Assembly (NCBI RefSeq): GCF_009914755.1
Contig: NC_060926.1
Origin: the human T2T-CHM13v2.0 reference genome, Homo sapiens
DNA: 64,000 nt
Reading direction: 5' to 3' (one strand)
The stretch's first letter is position 1; each line of letters opens with the position of its first letter. Below the pieces are notes generated by a model. The model was not told the origin of the DNA. It ran no database searches and worked only from the letters and a program-made list of their open reading frames with translations. This document shows, piece after piece, positions 13,953 through 28,066 of this stretch. The position numbers and the translations under genes were made by a program.

Positions 13953-15905
13953 ATGATTTTTTACTCATTTTTAACAGTTTTATTTAGGTATAATTTACAT
14001 ACCACAATTTTACCCACTATAAGTGTACAATTCAGTAATTTTTAGTAAATCCCTCTTATGATCAATCCCAAGCCCCGCCCCAGGCAATCTTTCATCTTCT
14101 CTCTGTGTCTGTAGACTTGCTTTTCAAAAAAAATTCATGTAAATGAAATCATACAATATGTAGTATTTAATGTCTGTCTGGTATCCTTCACAGAGCATTA
14201 TATTTTTGAGGCTCATCTGTATTGCAGCTGTTCATTGTTTTTAATTGCTGAATACTTGTCATGCTACATTTATTCATCACTTACAAGTTGATGGATATTT
14301 GGTTTGATTCCAGTATTTGGCTATATGGTCCAGCTGCTGTGAGCATTGGCATACATGTATTTGTGTGGACATTTTCCTTTTGCTTGGGTAAATACCTAGG
14401 AGTGAAATTGTCGTGTCTTATGATACATTTATGTTGACTTTTCAAAGAAATTGGTAAACTGTCTTCCAAATTCACTGGACCATTTTGTATTCCATCTTTT
14501 TGACTATAGCCATTTTAATGGGCATGTAGTGGTTATTATGGTTTTAATTTTCCTATTGACTGAAAAATAATGTTGATCATCTTATGTGCTTATTGGCCAT
14601 TTAAAAAATCCTTTTGGCTATAATGTTTACTTAAATATTTTTCGCATTGTTAAACTGTGTGGTTTATACTCTAGATACAAATCCTTATCAGATACAACTT
14701 GAGAATATTGTCTCTTAGTCTGTGGCATGCCTTTTAATTTTTAAATTTGCATCTTATGAAGAGCCAAATTTTAAATATTGATAAAATCCAATTTATCGAT
14801 TATTTTAATGGCTTGTACTTTTGATGTCATAGCTAAGAAATCTTCATATATTTACATTTGGATATCCCATTATCCCAGCACCATTACTGCTTATTGAAAA
14901 GACTATCCTTTTTTCATCAAATTGCTTTGGCACTTTGGTTGAAAATCTATTAACCATAAATATAAGGGTTTTGTTATTGGACTTTCTGTTCAGTTTCATT
15001 GATCTATTTGTCTATTCTTATGCCAATATAGAATATAGTATATCTTTATAGTAATTTATTAAATACATTAATGTAAGTTTTCCTCATTTATTTTTCAAAA
15101 TTGTTCTGGCAAATCTAGGTTCTTTGTATTTTCATATCCATTTTAAGACTAGCTTGCCAATTTATACAACAGATTCTTTGTTTTCTTTTGTTCTTTTTCT
15201 TTTTTTACTGGACATATAGTTCACTTAGGACAGAATTGTCATTTTAACAATTTTGAATCTTCTAATCCATGTACATGGAATGTGTCTCCATTGGTTTATA
15301 ATGTCTTTAATTTTCCTCAGCAACATTTTATAGTTTTTTATCGTATAGGGTTTGTACTTCATTTGTTAAATTTATTCTGAAGTATTTAATTTTTATGCTC
15401 TTATGAATGGAATTATTTCCTTAATTTTATTTCTGAATGTTCATTGTTGATGTGTAGAAATTGGATTTGTATATTGATCTTGTGTTCTACAATATTGGTA
15501 AAATTGTTTATTCTTTCTAGTAGGTTTTTTGAGGATTTCTTATGATTTTCTACATATAAGATTATGTCATCAGCACCTAAGGACAGCTTTTACTTTTTCT
15601 TTTTCAATCTGCAGATCTTTAAATTTTGTTGCCTTATTGCACTGTCCAGAACCTCCAGTACAATGTTGAACAGCAGTGATGAGAGCAGAGATTTTTATCT
15701 TCTTTCTGATCTTAAAGCATTCTGTCTTTTATCATTAAGTAATATGTTAGCTGTAGGTTCTTTGCAGATTTTTTTATAAGGTTGAGGAAGTTCCCTTTTT
15801 ATCCCCACTTAGCCAGTGGGGTTTTATTATGAATAGGCATTGGATTTTATCAAAATGCCTTTCTGCATCTATTGAAATCATTACGAATTTTTTTCCCCTG
15901 TTCTA

Positions 15906-16041
15906 TCAGGTTGGTGCAAAAGTAATTGCAGTTTTTGCCTTAAAATTAATGCCATTACTGGCATTACAAAACTAATGGCATTACCAAAGTAATTACTTTT
16001 GCCATTAATGGCAAAACCGCAATTATTTTGCACCAACCTAA
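15906..16041. mobile_element. MADE1 (Hsmar1-derived MITE) with expanded interior
   Basis: TIRs 'aggttggtgcaaaagtaattgc' / 'gcaattattttgcaccaacct', flanked by TA; 136 bp versus the usual ~80 bp. Confidence 0.92.
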
Positions 16042-16810
16042 ATATTAATATTGTGATTACACTAACTGTTTTTCTATGCCAACTTGACCTTGAATTCCTG
16101 AGACTAATACCACTTGGTCATGGTGTGTAATTCTTCTGGTAATATTGTTTTCATTATTAATATTCTATTAAATATTTTTTCAACTATCTTTATGAATAAC
16201 TTTCTCGGCAGTTTTATATTCTTGTAATATTTTTATCTGATTTTGCTTTTGGGGACATAATAATCTCAGAGAATGACTTTGGCATTCTTCTTTATTTTCA
16301 CAAAAAGTTTATAATAGAATTAGTGTTAGTGCATCTTTAACATCTTACAGAATTTACTCATGAAGCTATCTAGGCCTGTGTGTTCTTTTGGAAAGATTTT
16401 TAATTACTAGTTTAATTTCTTTTCATGTTATAGGTCAATGCAAAACTTTTCCTTTATTTTTTAGTCTATTTTGATATTTGTGGCTTTCTGGAAATTTGTG
16501 TTTTACCTAGGTAGCGTAATTTTTAGATGATGTTATAAAAATGTATAATTTTCACAAGATTCCCTTATAATCTTTTAAATTTTATAGCATTATTAAAAAT
16601 GTTCACACTTTTATATTGACTTTAATAATGTATGAATCCAGTCCTTTTGTTTTTTTCTTCTTGGTTAGTCTAGCTAAAGTTTTATCAATGTTTTGATTTT
16701 TTCTGATAACTAACTTTCCTTTCCATTAATTATACTTGTTTTTTTCTCTTTACTATTGTGTTTTTCACTCTGATATGGTTTTATTTCTTATATTTTTGAT
16801 TTAGGTTTAA

Positions 16811-17183
<373 letters not shown>

Positions 17184-17284
17184 GAGACCTCATTTTCTAA
17201 ATAAGTGTTTAAAGGCATGAATTTCTCTTTATTGCTTTTGAATCATAAATTTTGATACTTTGTTTTTTTATTCAGTTTAAAATA

Positions 17285-17596
<312 letters not shown>

Positions 17597-20500
17597 TAAA
17601 ATATTTTTAAAAGCCTTTTAAAAATACATTTTTAAATTTTCAAGTATTTGTGATGCCCCTAATTTCTTTCTATTATAGACTTCTAATTTAACTTTGCTAT
17701 AATCTGATGTCAGATTAAATTTTTAAATCCTTTTCAATTTGCAACTTTTTATTAGATTATCATATGGCCTGTCTTGGAGAATAATCTTTATGTTCTTGAA
17801 AAATATGTATGTATTCTGTATGGGTAGAGTGTTCTATCATGGTCAGTTTGGTCATGTTGGTTGCTCGTGTAAGTTATCTATATCTTTGATGTTTTCTGTA
17901 TATCTGTTTCATCAATTATTTAGAAGTAGGTATGGACTCCAACTACAAATGTTGAATCACTTAGTTTTTTATTCAATTGTCTATTTTGGTTTAATGTATT
18001 TAGCGGTTTTGTTGTTAGGGGCAGGTATTTGTAATCTTAAAATATTTTGAAGTACTGAGTCTTTTTATTAAGATATCCCCTTCCTTTTTCTAGAGATGTT
18101 TCTTGTTTTAAATTATATTTTATCTAAATCAATGCATGTCTTATGGTTAAGTTTTACATGGAATATCTTTTTCCATTCGTTTACTTTCAATATGTTTTTG
18201 TATTTGAATCATAAATTTGTCTCTTGTAGATAGCGTGTAGTTGAATCTTGCCTTTTAAACCAATATGCCAATCTCTGCCTTTTGGTTAGGATATTTAATC
18301 CATTGACATTTAATGTAACTATGATATAGTTATAGTTACATCTGCCATATGTTGTTTGTATTCTGTATGTTTTATATCTTATTTTTTGCCTCTGATCTTT
18401 ATTGTCTTACTTTGTGTTAAACAACATATTTTTAGTATATCATTTTAATTTTTTGCTATATTTTTAGGTACTTTTCTAATTATTGCTCTATGTATTACAA
18501 TATTCATCATGTAGTAGAACAATTTACTTCAGATTAATATCACCTTAAACTTTTGCTCTAATATATCCCCATTCCCTGCCCCCTCCTTTTCGTTATGACT
18601 GTGATTTACATATTTTTATAAACCTCCTAGTACACAGTTATAATTATTACTTTAGTTGATCATATCTTTTTAAAAAAGTTAAGAGAAAGACTTTATGAAG
18701 TCTTTGATATGAAGGTTCCTATTAAACATTTGCAGTTCTCTTCATTTCTTCCTATGGATCCAAGTTACCATCTGATGCCATCTCCTTTCAGTTTAATGGC
18801 CTTCCTTTAGTCTTTGTCATAAGACATATCTGCTATCAACATGTTCTCTCAATCTTTGTCTGGGAATGTCTTTATTTCACTTTTATTTTTAAAGGACAGT
18901 TTCACTGGATATAGAATTCTTGTCTGATTTTTTTTTAGTACTTTGAAAAGTTCATTCCATTGCATTCTGGCCTCCATTGTTTCAGCTGGACAACTAGACA
19001 TTAATTGTATCAATACTTCTATATATGTGATGATATGTGGTGAGTTATGAACCTCTTGGATCTGTTTATTAGTGGGTTTTTTTTTAAAAAATCAAATTTG
19101 GGAAGCCATTGGCCACTCTTCCATTATTTTTCTTCCCCTTTCTCACTCTTCTCTGTGTCTGGAACTCCTATCACATGTATGCTGATATGCTTGTTGCTGT
19201 TCTACAGCTGTCTTTCTTTAATCCATTTTTATTCATTTTCTTTAATTTTTTGCTCTCTTGTTTACACTGAATTATTTCTGTTAATCCTTCTTTACATTCA
19301 CTGATTCTTTCCTTTACCATTCCACATTCAGTGGTTAAACTCATCCAGTAAAGTTTTCATTTCAGTTATGGTATTTTATAACTCCAAGATTTATACTATT
19401 TTTTTAATAGTTTCTATATCTTTATTGAGAATACCTATTTGTAGAGTCATTTTAATCATGTTTTAATTTAATTCTTTGAATATACATAGTTTCTGGAATT
19501 TTTAAGCATCATGTTAGTTGCTTTGCAGTTAATATTTGTCTGCTAAATTTTGTATCTGGGCCAACTCACAGTCAATTTCTAGTGACTATTTTCTTTCCCT
19601 AAATGTGAGTCAGACTTCCTGATTTTTGCCTGTCTCATAATATTTTTATGAAGATCTTGACATTTTAGACATTTTAGACAAGATGTTAGTGAATTTTTTT
19701 CTTGAGGGTTACTACTGCTATTGCTATTTTTGTTTTTAATTGTAACTTGCCTGGACTTAATCTCCAGTATTTGTTTCCTCTATAATGTGGAGCTGATGAT
19801 GTCTTTGCTGGTTTTTGTTTAAATGATCATTTTTGAGTCTAGCTTCCTAAAGCTTTCTCCGGAATCTGCATTACTTGTTTTTTTAGCTGGCAGTTGTTTA
19901 AAGTTTATGCCCAAACTCTATGCCAGTGAAATTTCTACCCTGCTGATGGATCTGAGCATATTCAATGTTAAGGGAGTTTTAAAGTATGCTAGATGTCTTC
20001 TTTCTGCTCTGTCCTTCCTGTGCTGTCCTGGAAGCACTGCCACATTCACAGAGCTGGCAGGGGAGATGAAAGCAGCCCCAGGTGAGAACACTATGCACTC
20101 CCAGTGCTGTTATCTAAAATTCAGTGGTTGTTCATAAGTAAATATTTCTCCATTTTGGTCAGTTATCAGAGACTTTAAAGTAGTTGTTTTGATATTTTTT
20201 CCATTCACTATTTGTTTTTTGGGGGAGAAAATTTTCTGATCCTTTCACTCCATCTTTAAAAAAGTATATTGGTATGGGTGTTTTAGTTAGAATAGTATAG
20301 TTAGGAAAAAGTCCAGTGAAAAAGTTACTATATAGAAAAGAAAAACATGATATAATAATTTTACAGTCCATTTTATCTGGCATCTTCTAATTCTGTCATT
20401 CACTATATAACATTTTTTTCTTGACAAAGGGGACACTTCTATGTTTAGCTGCCTCGAGCCCTGTGAATGTCGTGAATCCTAGAATGTACATGCTGAGGGA

Positions 20501-21390
20501 ATGGTTGAACTCATGTGCTGATGAGCTATAGGAGTTTCTTACATCCATCAGCACATACTAATCCTAGCTTCTTTCAGCGGTGAAAAAATAATCACCAGGG
20601 ATTTTTGATAAAAGAAACCTTGATTTACTTTCTTCTCCAATCTTGATTTGAACTTTGATCTCCAAATTGAAACTGCAAGTGCCTTTTCCTTTAGTTTTAA
20701 TCCTAATTTACACAGATATATTGAGAGGCTTATGAGAAGTCATCTTGAAGTGCTTAGAAAATGTACAAAGCTGAGCATTCTAAGGTACACCTTTTTTTCC
20801 TCCCTTTCTTTTCTTTCTTTGCCTTTCTCCTCTCAGCCAGTGATAGGTATTCATGTTGAGCCACAGGGAGAAGCGTATTGGTTTGGGACCACAGGCATGC
20901 ACATAAAATGAATGGCATTTTGCAAATGAAGTGAACTCATTAAACAGTCATCTTCAAGACATTCATTTTCTATGGTAATCTAATTTTCTGATGAAAGGGG
21001 GTCATTTAAATTGGACTGATCAGTCTTCTTTCAACTCCTTGTCAGAATCTATCCTGTGGACCCAATTTCCTGGTTCAGCAGGGAGTGTTTATGTATGGCC
21101 CACTCCACACAGTGGCCTGGACAAAGGACAATGATGACAGACTTGCAGGTGGTTCTAATCACTTCAATGAGAACAGTCCGTGGCAGCTGGGCAGTTCTCA
21201 AGCCCACATAAGCTTGGCTAAGATCTGGCCAGTGGATTCTAGTTTAATTGATAGCAACAATTTTGAGGTCTCATCTAGGTACCCTATAGGCAAAGGGAAG
21301 TTTGTGCCAACTGCTGAGGTTTAACATCTGAACTGGCATTTACACCTGGGATAAACCATAGGCCTGAACGTGTGTGCGAATCAAATAAAC

Positions 21391-21466
21391 TTTCCTTCCT
21401 TCCTTCCTTCCTTCCTTCCTTCCTTCCTTCCTTCCTTCCTTCCTTCCTTCCTTCCTTCCTTCCTTC
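21391..21466 (+). repeat. (TTCC)n microsatellite
   Basis: About 19 pure TTCC units. Confidence 0.97.
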
Positions 21467-24400
21467 TTTTTTGTCTGCCTGCCTGCTTTTTTCTCCCTTT
21501 ATCTTTCACTGGAATTTGCTTTTCATTATGAACAGTTTAGCTATGGAGGATCTCAATTGCACACTGTCTTTTGTAAGTTACTATTCTTGCTATTAGGTGA
21601 CATTTTTTGTTGTTGAGAAAAATTGAGGAAAAAGCGGCTCCTTTCTGCTATACAAATCTTTGTCTGTAGCATAGTGTATTAAAAGTAAAAAGACAAAAAA
21701 CAGCTGTGGGAAGCTGGAAGCTAGGGATTCTGTCTAATCCAAAAGAATTGAAGTGAGCATTTGCCAATTACATAAAGTCAAATATATGTCTTAGATACAT
21801 GAAATATTGACCAATGGAAGAAAAGCATTCTACTTCAAGCAGCTTTTGATTCCATTCTTTATGGTTTTTAAAAATTTATTTAAAGTCTCTAAAAAAACTG
21901 GTGGAGAAACCATTTATTTTAACATGGTTAATAAAGAAAAGGGCCTGAGCAGCATTCATGAGGGTTTAGCCAATTAAGCAGGGCAGGGAAATCACAATGA
22001 GGCAAGAAGGGAATTAATGGACAAACTACTTATGCATGTGCATGGACAGTTCATGTAGTCAGATATAGGTAACATTATGTAAACTACATAATAGGAAATG
22101 CATTTTGAGTGTGCATAGATTTAACATGGGTGAAGTTGGACTTCCGTAGCCCATTTCAGAGTAGGGCTCATGGTGCTTTATAAATTGTATCTTGTTCATC
22201 TTTGCAATACTCCCAGGAGGTATGTCATTGGTAAATACCATTGTTACTCCTTTTTACAGTGGGAAGAACACAAGTGAGGAGAGATTAAGATATTTGCCCA
22301 AGGTCACCTAGCAAGTTAATTAGAGAGCTTGAAATAAAAGTCCCAATTCAGTTTTCCTTCCATTAAACCTTATTGTTCCTTCTCTTCTTCTGGGCATCTC
22401 AGCTCTTAATAGTGTTCCCAGTACTCGCTCCTAATTACTAACTTTGGGAGCCTTTTGTTTATAGGAGGTTTAAAGATTGAGTAGGTTTGGGAGCCACTTT
22501 GGGTTTTTATTACCTTTGAAGCTACCTAACCTCTGGATGGGTATATAGAAAGTTATTTGGTAGGCTGCTGAAAATATATTGATTTATATTGCTTTCCAGA
22601 ATGCTTGCAAGCAAGTGCCTCCTTCCAAGCAAGGGGGAGTTATTGATTAAAAAAATGAGTGCTACAAGATGGACAATTACCATATTTATTTTTAAAGAGA
22701 GGGAAATAGATTCATTGATTATTTCTGGCTATCATTGGGTCTGACAAGGGATTATTTCATTGCGTTGCATTTGGGGTGTGTCTGCATGCAGGGGTGTGTG
22801 TGTTTGTGTGTGTGCAGAGGCCTTCTGGATGAAGGTAAGATGCAAATAATGCTAATGATGCAGGCACAAAACTGTCTCCTCACATTTTATTTCTGTGAAT
22901 GGTGCCTTATTTCTCTCAATCCCCCAGGCTTGAAACCACAGAGTCATCTTGGGCCCCTTCTCTTCTTTCCTTTCCACATGCAGAGCACAGAGTCTATAAG
23001 TCCTGCCTTGGCAGTATTTTCTGCAGGTATCTTCCCCTACTCCTCTGTTACTACCACTGTAGTCCAGGCTGCTGCTGCTGCTGTTTCTTGGGGGCTTGCT
23101 TCTGGGTCTCCTCATTCCAGAGTATACTGCTTGACTCACTGACTGCTTTTGTTTGGAAGCAGAGCCACCATGATACCACAACTGTACTCACAACCACACC
23201 TGCCTCCCTTTGATGGCTAATTCTAAAACAATGGTATTCAAATACCAATCAAGACCTTTAACTTGCCCCTACTCGTATTCTGCCATGATACTCTAATTAT
23301 AGGATACTCTGTCCTTCAAATCATTGTCATCACCAGCATCTTCTTAATAGCTATATATATATATTTTTTTTAAAAAAATAGATATATATTTTTAAAAAAC
23401 AACAATTTGTGGAAATCACTGTTTTAAGCTGTAATATGTGTAATTTTACTTAATCTTTACAACTGGCACCATCTGAGATTCTACTTTTTTGGTCAAAGCT
23501 TTGATGACATAGCTAGCCATTTTTCCCTTGCCTCTTTTGAGCCATCACGACACTTTTTTGGTAACTCTAAAAAGGCAGTTATATTCTTTCTGTAATAATT
23601 TATTTTGTGTTTCTATTTTTATCCCCTTCTTCTGAGCTGTGGGCACCCTCATTCACTAAAGAAGAAAATATTACAGAATACAAGGTAATGCTGATGTAGC
23701 TGCGAATGTTCTAGTTGGTACAAAACTTTGTGTCATGACCACGTTTTCAGTGTTTTGAGTTTTCTTCTGTCAACAACTTAGTCAAAAGTCTTGCTAAAGT
23801 CAAAAGAGATTGTATTTATTGATTTATTTGTGTTAATCCAACTATTGATAGATGTGAGGAGATTAAATTAGTGTGAGAGGGCTTGTTATACAGCTTGTTT
23901 GGTGGAATCAGGAGAAAGTTTCTGGTATTTAAAGTGGAATTTAAATTGAAAATTTCATATTCTCCAATATCTGTTCTTTCCCTTATTAAACACAGAAGTG
24001 AAATTGAGAATTGGCCATATGTTTCTTAGAATGTAATGTGATAATTGTACAGTAAAGGTGAGCTCTTCATTTAATCAGCAAATACTTAGAGTTGTACACC
24101 CTTTACGCACTCAGAGGAAAATAGATGACACATTCCAATAGACTGATTTGAGAAGACTTTAATAAAGGGCCATTTTACAGGTAAGTGCAAGGGTTGGTAA
24201 AGTTAATTTAAAAAGGGGTACATTTTCCTAGGAGTAACAGTAGCGAGAGTGATGACAGCCTCTAGGCCTGACTCAACTCTCAATGTCCCTTACTCCGAAA
24301 CCATCCACTCTGCCTTCTGGAAATGCTTCTTAGTCAGCAAACTCCTTGTCATCCTGAACCTCTTTTCCAAATAATCTTTCACCTTCTTGCCCTAAGTGAG

Positions 24401-25094
24401 AACCAGCTCTCCTCTTAGGATGTCCTGTGGGGCCTCCCAGGTGCTGTTTACTCTCTCTTATCACCATACCTCAGGATTGGGAAGCGAGGGGTAAATGGTC
24501 TTTTTTCCCTATTGTAGAATATCTTGGTAAACCTGTTTTCCACTCTATGCACATTACATTCTAAGGAACACATGTCCAGTTCTCAATGTCACTTGAAAAC
24601 TCAAGACCCCTTACAAAAGAGAGTAAGCTGTATGTAGAATAGCCTCAAAATAAAATATCTGGAGAATGTTTATAAAAACTGAAAATATTGATTGTGTAAC
24701 TGAGAAGACAAAGAAAGGGTGTGTTAGCTTTGGTAAATATTTGAAGGGATGTCATGTGGGAGTGGGATTCAGATGTACAACTTTGGAGTATAGGAGTAAG
24801 TGAAATGAAAATTACAGGGAGAAAAAATGGGCTCAATATTAAGGGTAGTTTCAATCATCCAGAGCTGTCCAAAAATCAACCACTGGTCTATGAGTGAGCT
24901 TCTTGCTTAAGAAGATGGCCAAGCAGAGGCTGGTGAACCTTCATGTTCAGATGCTGCATGTGCAGGAGATTGGGCTGAACTTTGGCTAAGGTGATGATAG
25001 GCTGAAGGCAAGTAATTGTTTCTATTAAAAACAAAAAGGTTTTGAGGTCATGCAACTGAGGTATTTGAAAACAGAGACCAGGGACAAGTTATAT

Positions 25095-25175
25095 TTATCT
25101 ACCTATCCATCCATCCATCATCTGTTTATCCATCTATCATTTATCTACCTATCTACCTGCTTACCTACCTATCTA
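25095..25175 (+). repeat. Degenerate (TATC/CATC)n simple repeat
   Basis: atctacctatccatccatccatcatc... Confidence 0.75.
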
Positions 25176-25534
25176 GTCACCTGAGTATGAGGCCTTAGGG
25201 ATTTGTGGGCCCTGTAGTAAATCAGAGTACATTTCTTGCTTCAAGGTACTCCAGTAACATTTAGAAGTACCATTTCAACAAATAAATTGTACTTAAGAAA
25301 CACATTTATCTCATTTCACTCAGATCATCAGTTTATGACCCTAGTTCCAGTTCTAGACCTCATCCATACAACCTCTTTCTGGATCTAGGTTTCCTTACCT
25401 GGAGATGAGGGAGCAAGGCAGAGCTGGGGCTTAGACCATATTTCTAAGGATTCTGTCTAACTTAAAACATGATTTGCTTTTGAATATGTATATGTGCATG
25501 TGTTGGTGGGGACTCATGTTCATGTTTGGAATTT

Positions 25535-25638
25535 TATATACATTAATGTTCCCTGTATATTGCAGTGACTTTCTAAAAATTGAGCTCTCTCTTGCCATAT
25601 TATGGTCTATTAACTGCATAAGACACAGAATGATACTT
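25535..25638 (+). repeat. Local direct repeat B, copy 1 (104 bp), running into an L2 fragment
   Basis: Identical to 26853-26956 except for 2 substitutions. Confidence 0.97.
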
Positions 25639-26852
25639 CAGAACATCAGATCCTATCACTTCTTTGTTTGGAATGCTGCAATGGCTTTACATGGCATTCT
25701 AAATAAAACTCAGAGACCTTCTCCTGGGCTCATAAGGCCCTGCAGGATCATGCCTCCTATTCCCACCTTGACCACATTGCCCACCTCTTTTCTCACTCAC
25801 CTGATTCTAGCCCACTGGTCTCCTTGTTCTTCAAACTTGTAAAGTACAGATGACCCTAGACACTTTCTTCTGCCTCCAGTGCTCTTTCTTAAGAATTTAT
25901 TAGGCTCACACTAGTGTCATTGTATCTGGGAACTTCCCAGACAACAAAGAAAAGAAATAAAAGGTAGATGTGAGCATCTCTAGCTTTTCTGGAAGTTTCA
26001 GAGAAGCCCCACTCGATTGCTTCTGCTTACATCCCATTGTCTTGCTACAGTTGTAAGAGAGACGTGAAGATGGCATCATTTAGCTGGGCCGACTGAACTC
26101 CAAGTCCAACTGCAGCTCTTTATGTAATAGAGAAGAGCAGGGTGGACGTGGTCAGGCAGCAAGCCATGTCTGCCATGGTGTGCTGCAAGTGACTAATGAA
26201 TCCCCAAATATTGCTTGTAACATTTTCAGTATGGGCATAAATTTTCCCTTTTTTCTGGTTGGCAGATCCATCTCTCCCATGAGAGTCTCAAAATGGTTTG
26301 TGACCCCAAACATGACACTGGATCGTGCTCTTGAGTCATGTGTGTTGCTCTCTTAGGTACTCTTGGATCGGATTTGTTGCAGAGGTCATCAGACTTGCTT
26401 ATATTTCTGATAAGAAGATTTCCATTGACTCACTAATACGTTTGTTAGGGACTTGAATTTGCACAAAGAGCAGTGTGCAGCGTACTACAGCACTCTATAG
26501 GGTTCGATGAACCACAGAGGGACATAGGATGGTGCCCTCATGTGTGGTTTGTAGTCTCCCAAACAATCCTTCCTTTTATTGGCCATGCTGCTCCCAGGCC
26601 ACAGCGGACATGGCTCCAGTGGGAAAGATTGCTTTTGGTTTATTGAATTTCATGGCCAGATATCATGCAGGCTCCTGGCATCAAGCAGAATAGCATTGAG
26701 AGGTTGCTGATGGAACTAAGGTCAGAACACCTTTGAAGAGGCTATGGAAAAGAGAGAAACTTAGAGAATTTTATTGTTGTTGGGGTGATTAAATGTTAAG
26801 TGTTCAGAACAGAACTACCTAGTAGGTACTTAATAAATGTCAATTTATTTCC

Positions 26853-26956
26853 TATATACATTAATGTTCCCTGTATATTGCAGTGACTTTCTAAAAATGG
26901 AGCTCTCTCTTGCCATGTTATGGTCTATTAACTGCATAAGACACAGAATGATACTT
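26853..26956 (+). repeat. Local direct repeat B, copy 2
   Basis: Copy of 25535-25638. Confidence 0.97.
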
Positions 26957-27156
26957 TTTTTCTTATTTCTGCCTTCCTGACACCTTGCCTCCTTTCCCTT
27001 GGATTCTGCATTTTTTTCATGTGGAGCTCAATTCTTCAATCTTTCATCGGTAGATTTTGGGATATAAGTAGAAAGCAAGGTGTTTTAACTAATGTCATAT
27101 ATCATAGAAAATAAAAGCAATATATTTATCCACTGCATTTAGAAGTATGAATGCTG

Positions 27157-28066
27157 GGGGGGGGAGGAGCCAAGATGGCCGAATAGGAACAGCTCCCGTC
27201 TACACCTCCCAGCGTGAGCTACGCAGAAGATGGGTGATTTCTGCATTTCCATCTGAGGTACCGGGTTCCTCTCACTAAGGAGTGCCAGACAGTGGGCGCA
27301 GGTCAGTAGGTGCATGCACCGTGCACGAGCCAAAGCAGGGCGAGGCATTGCCTCACTCGGGAAGCGCAGGGGGTCAGGGAGTTCCCTTTCCTAGTCAAAG
27401 AAAGGGGTGACAGACGGCACCTGGAAGATAGGGTCGCTCCTACCTGACTACTGCACTTTTCCGACGGGCTTAAAAAACGGCGCACCAGGAGACTATATCC
27501 CGCACCTGGCTCGGAGGGTCCTACGCCCACGGAGTCTCGCTGATTGCTAGCACAGCAGTCTGAGATCAAACTGCAAGGCGGTAGCGAGGCTGGGGGAGGG
27601 GTGCCCGCCATTGCCCAGGCTTGCTTAGGTAAACAAAGCAGCCAGGAAGTTCGAACTGGGTGGAGCCCACCACAGCTCAAGGAGGCCTGCCTGCCTCTGT
27701 AGGCTCCACCTCTGGGGGCAGGGCACAGACAAACAAAAAGACAGCAGTAACCTCTGCAGACTTAAGTGTCCCTGTCTGACAGCTTTGAAGAGAGCAGTGG
27801 TTCTCCCAGCATGCAGCTGGAGATCTGAGAATGGGCAGACTGCCTCCTCAAGTGGGTCCCTGACCCCTGAACCCCAAGCAGCCTAACTGGGAGGCACCCC
27901 CTAGCAGGGGCAGACTGACACCTCACACGGCCGGGTACTCCAACAGACCTGCAGCTGAGGGTCCTGTCTGTTAGAAGGAAAACTAACAAACAGAAAGGAC
28001 ATCCACACCAAAAACCCATCTGTACATCACCATCATCAAAGACCAAAAGTAGATAAAACCACAAAG
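27157..28066 (+). promoter_or_regulatory. L1 5'UTR internal sense/antisense promoter with YY1 site
   Basis: YY1 motif caagatggcc at 27171-27180; CpG-rich; lacks the 129-bp ZNF93-bound segment (junction gggtactcc|aacagacc at ~27941). Confidence 0.85.
27303..27611 (-). CDS. ORF0: L1 ORF0 (antisense), 102 aa open frame
   Basis: MAGTPPPASLPPCSLISDCCASNQRDSVGVGPSEPG... lies within ORF 27303..27680. Confidence 0.75.
   Translation of the reverse strand: MAGTPPPASLPPCSLISDCCASNQRDSVGVGPSEPGAGYSLLVRRFLSPSEKCSSQVGATLSSRCRLSPLSLTRKGNSLTPCASRVRQCLALLWLVHGACTY

Noticed and set aside
21372-21596. (FLPS)n repeat protein
   Set aside because: Translation of the (TTCC)n microsatellite.
23350-23400. AT-rich palindrome as a PATRR
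   Set aside because: Only ~40 bp and explained by (TA)n/T/A low complexity.
24172-24186. Consensus splice donor CAG|GTAAGT
   Set aside because: Isolated, with no convincing acceptor or reading frame; expected by chance in 64 kb.
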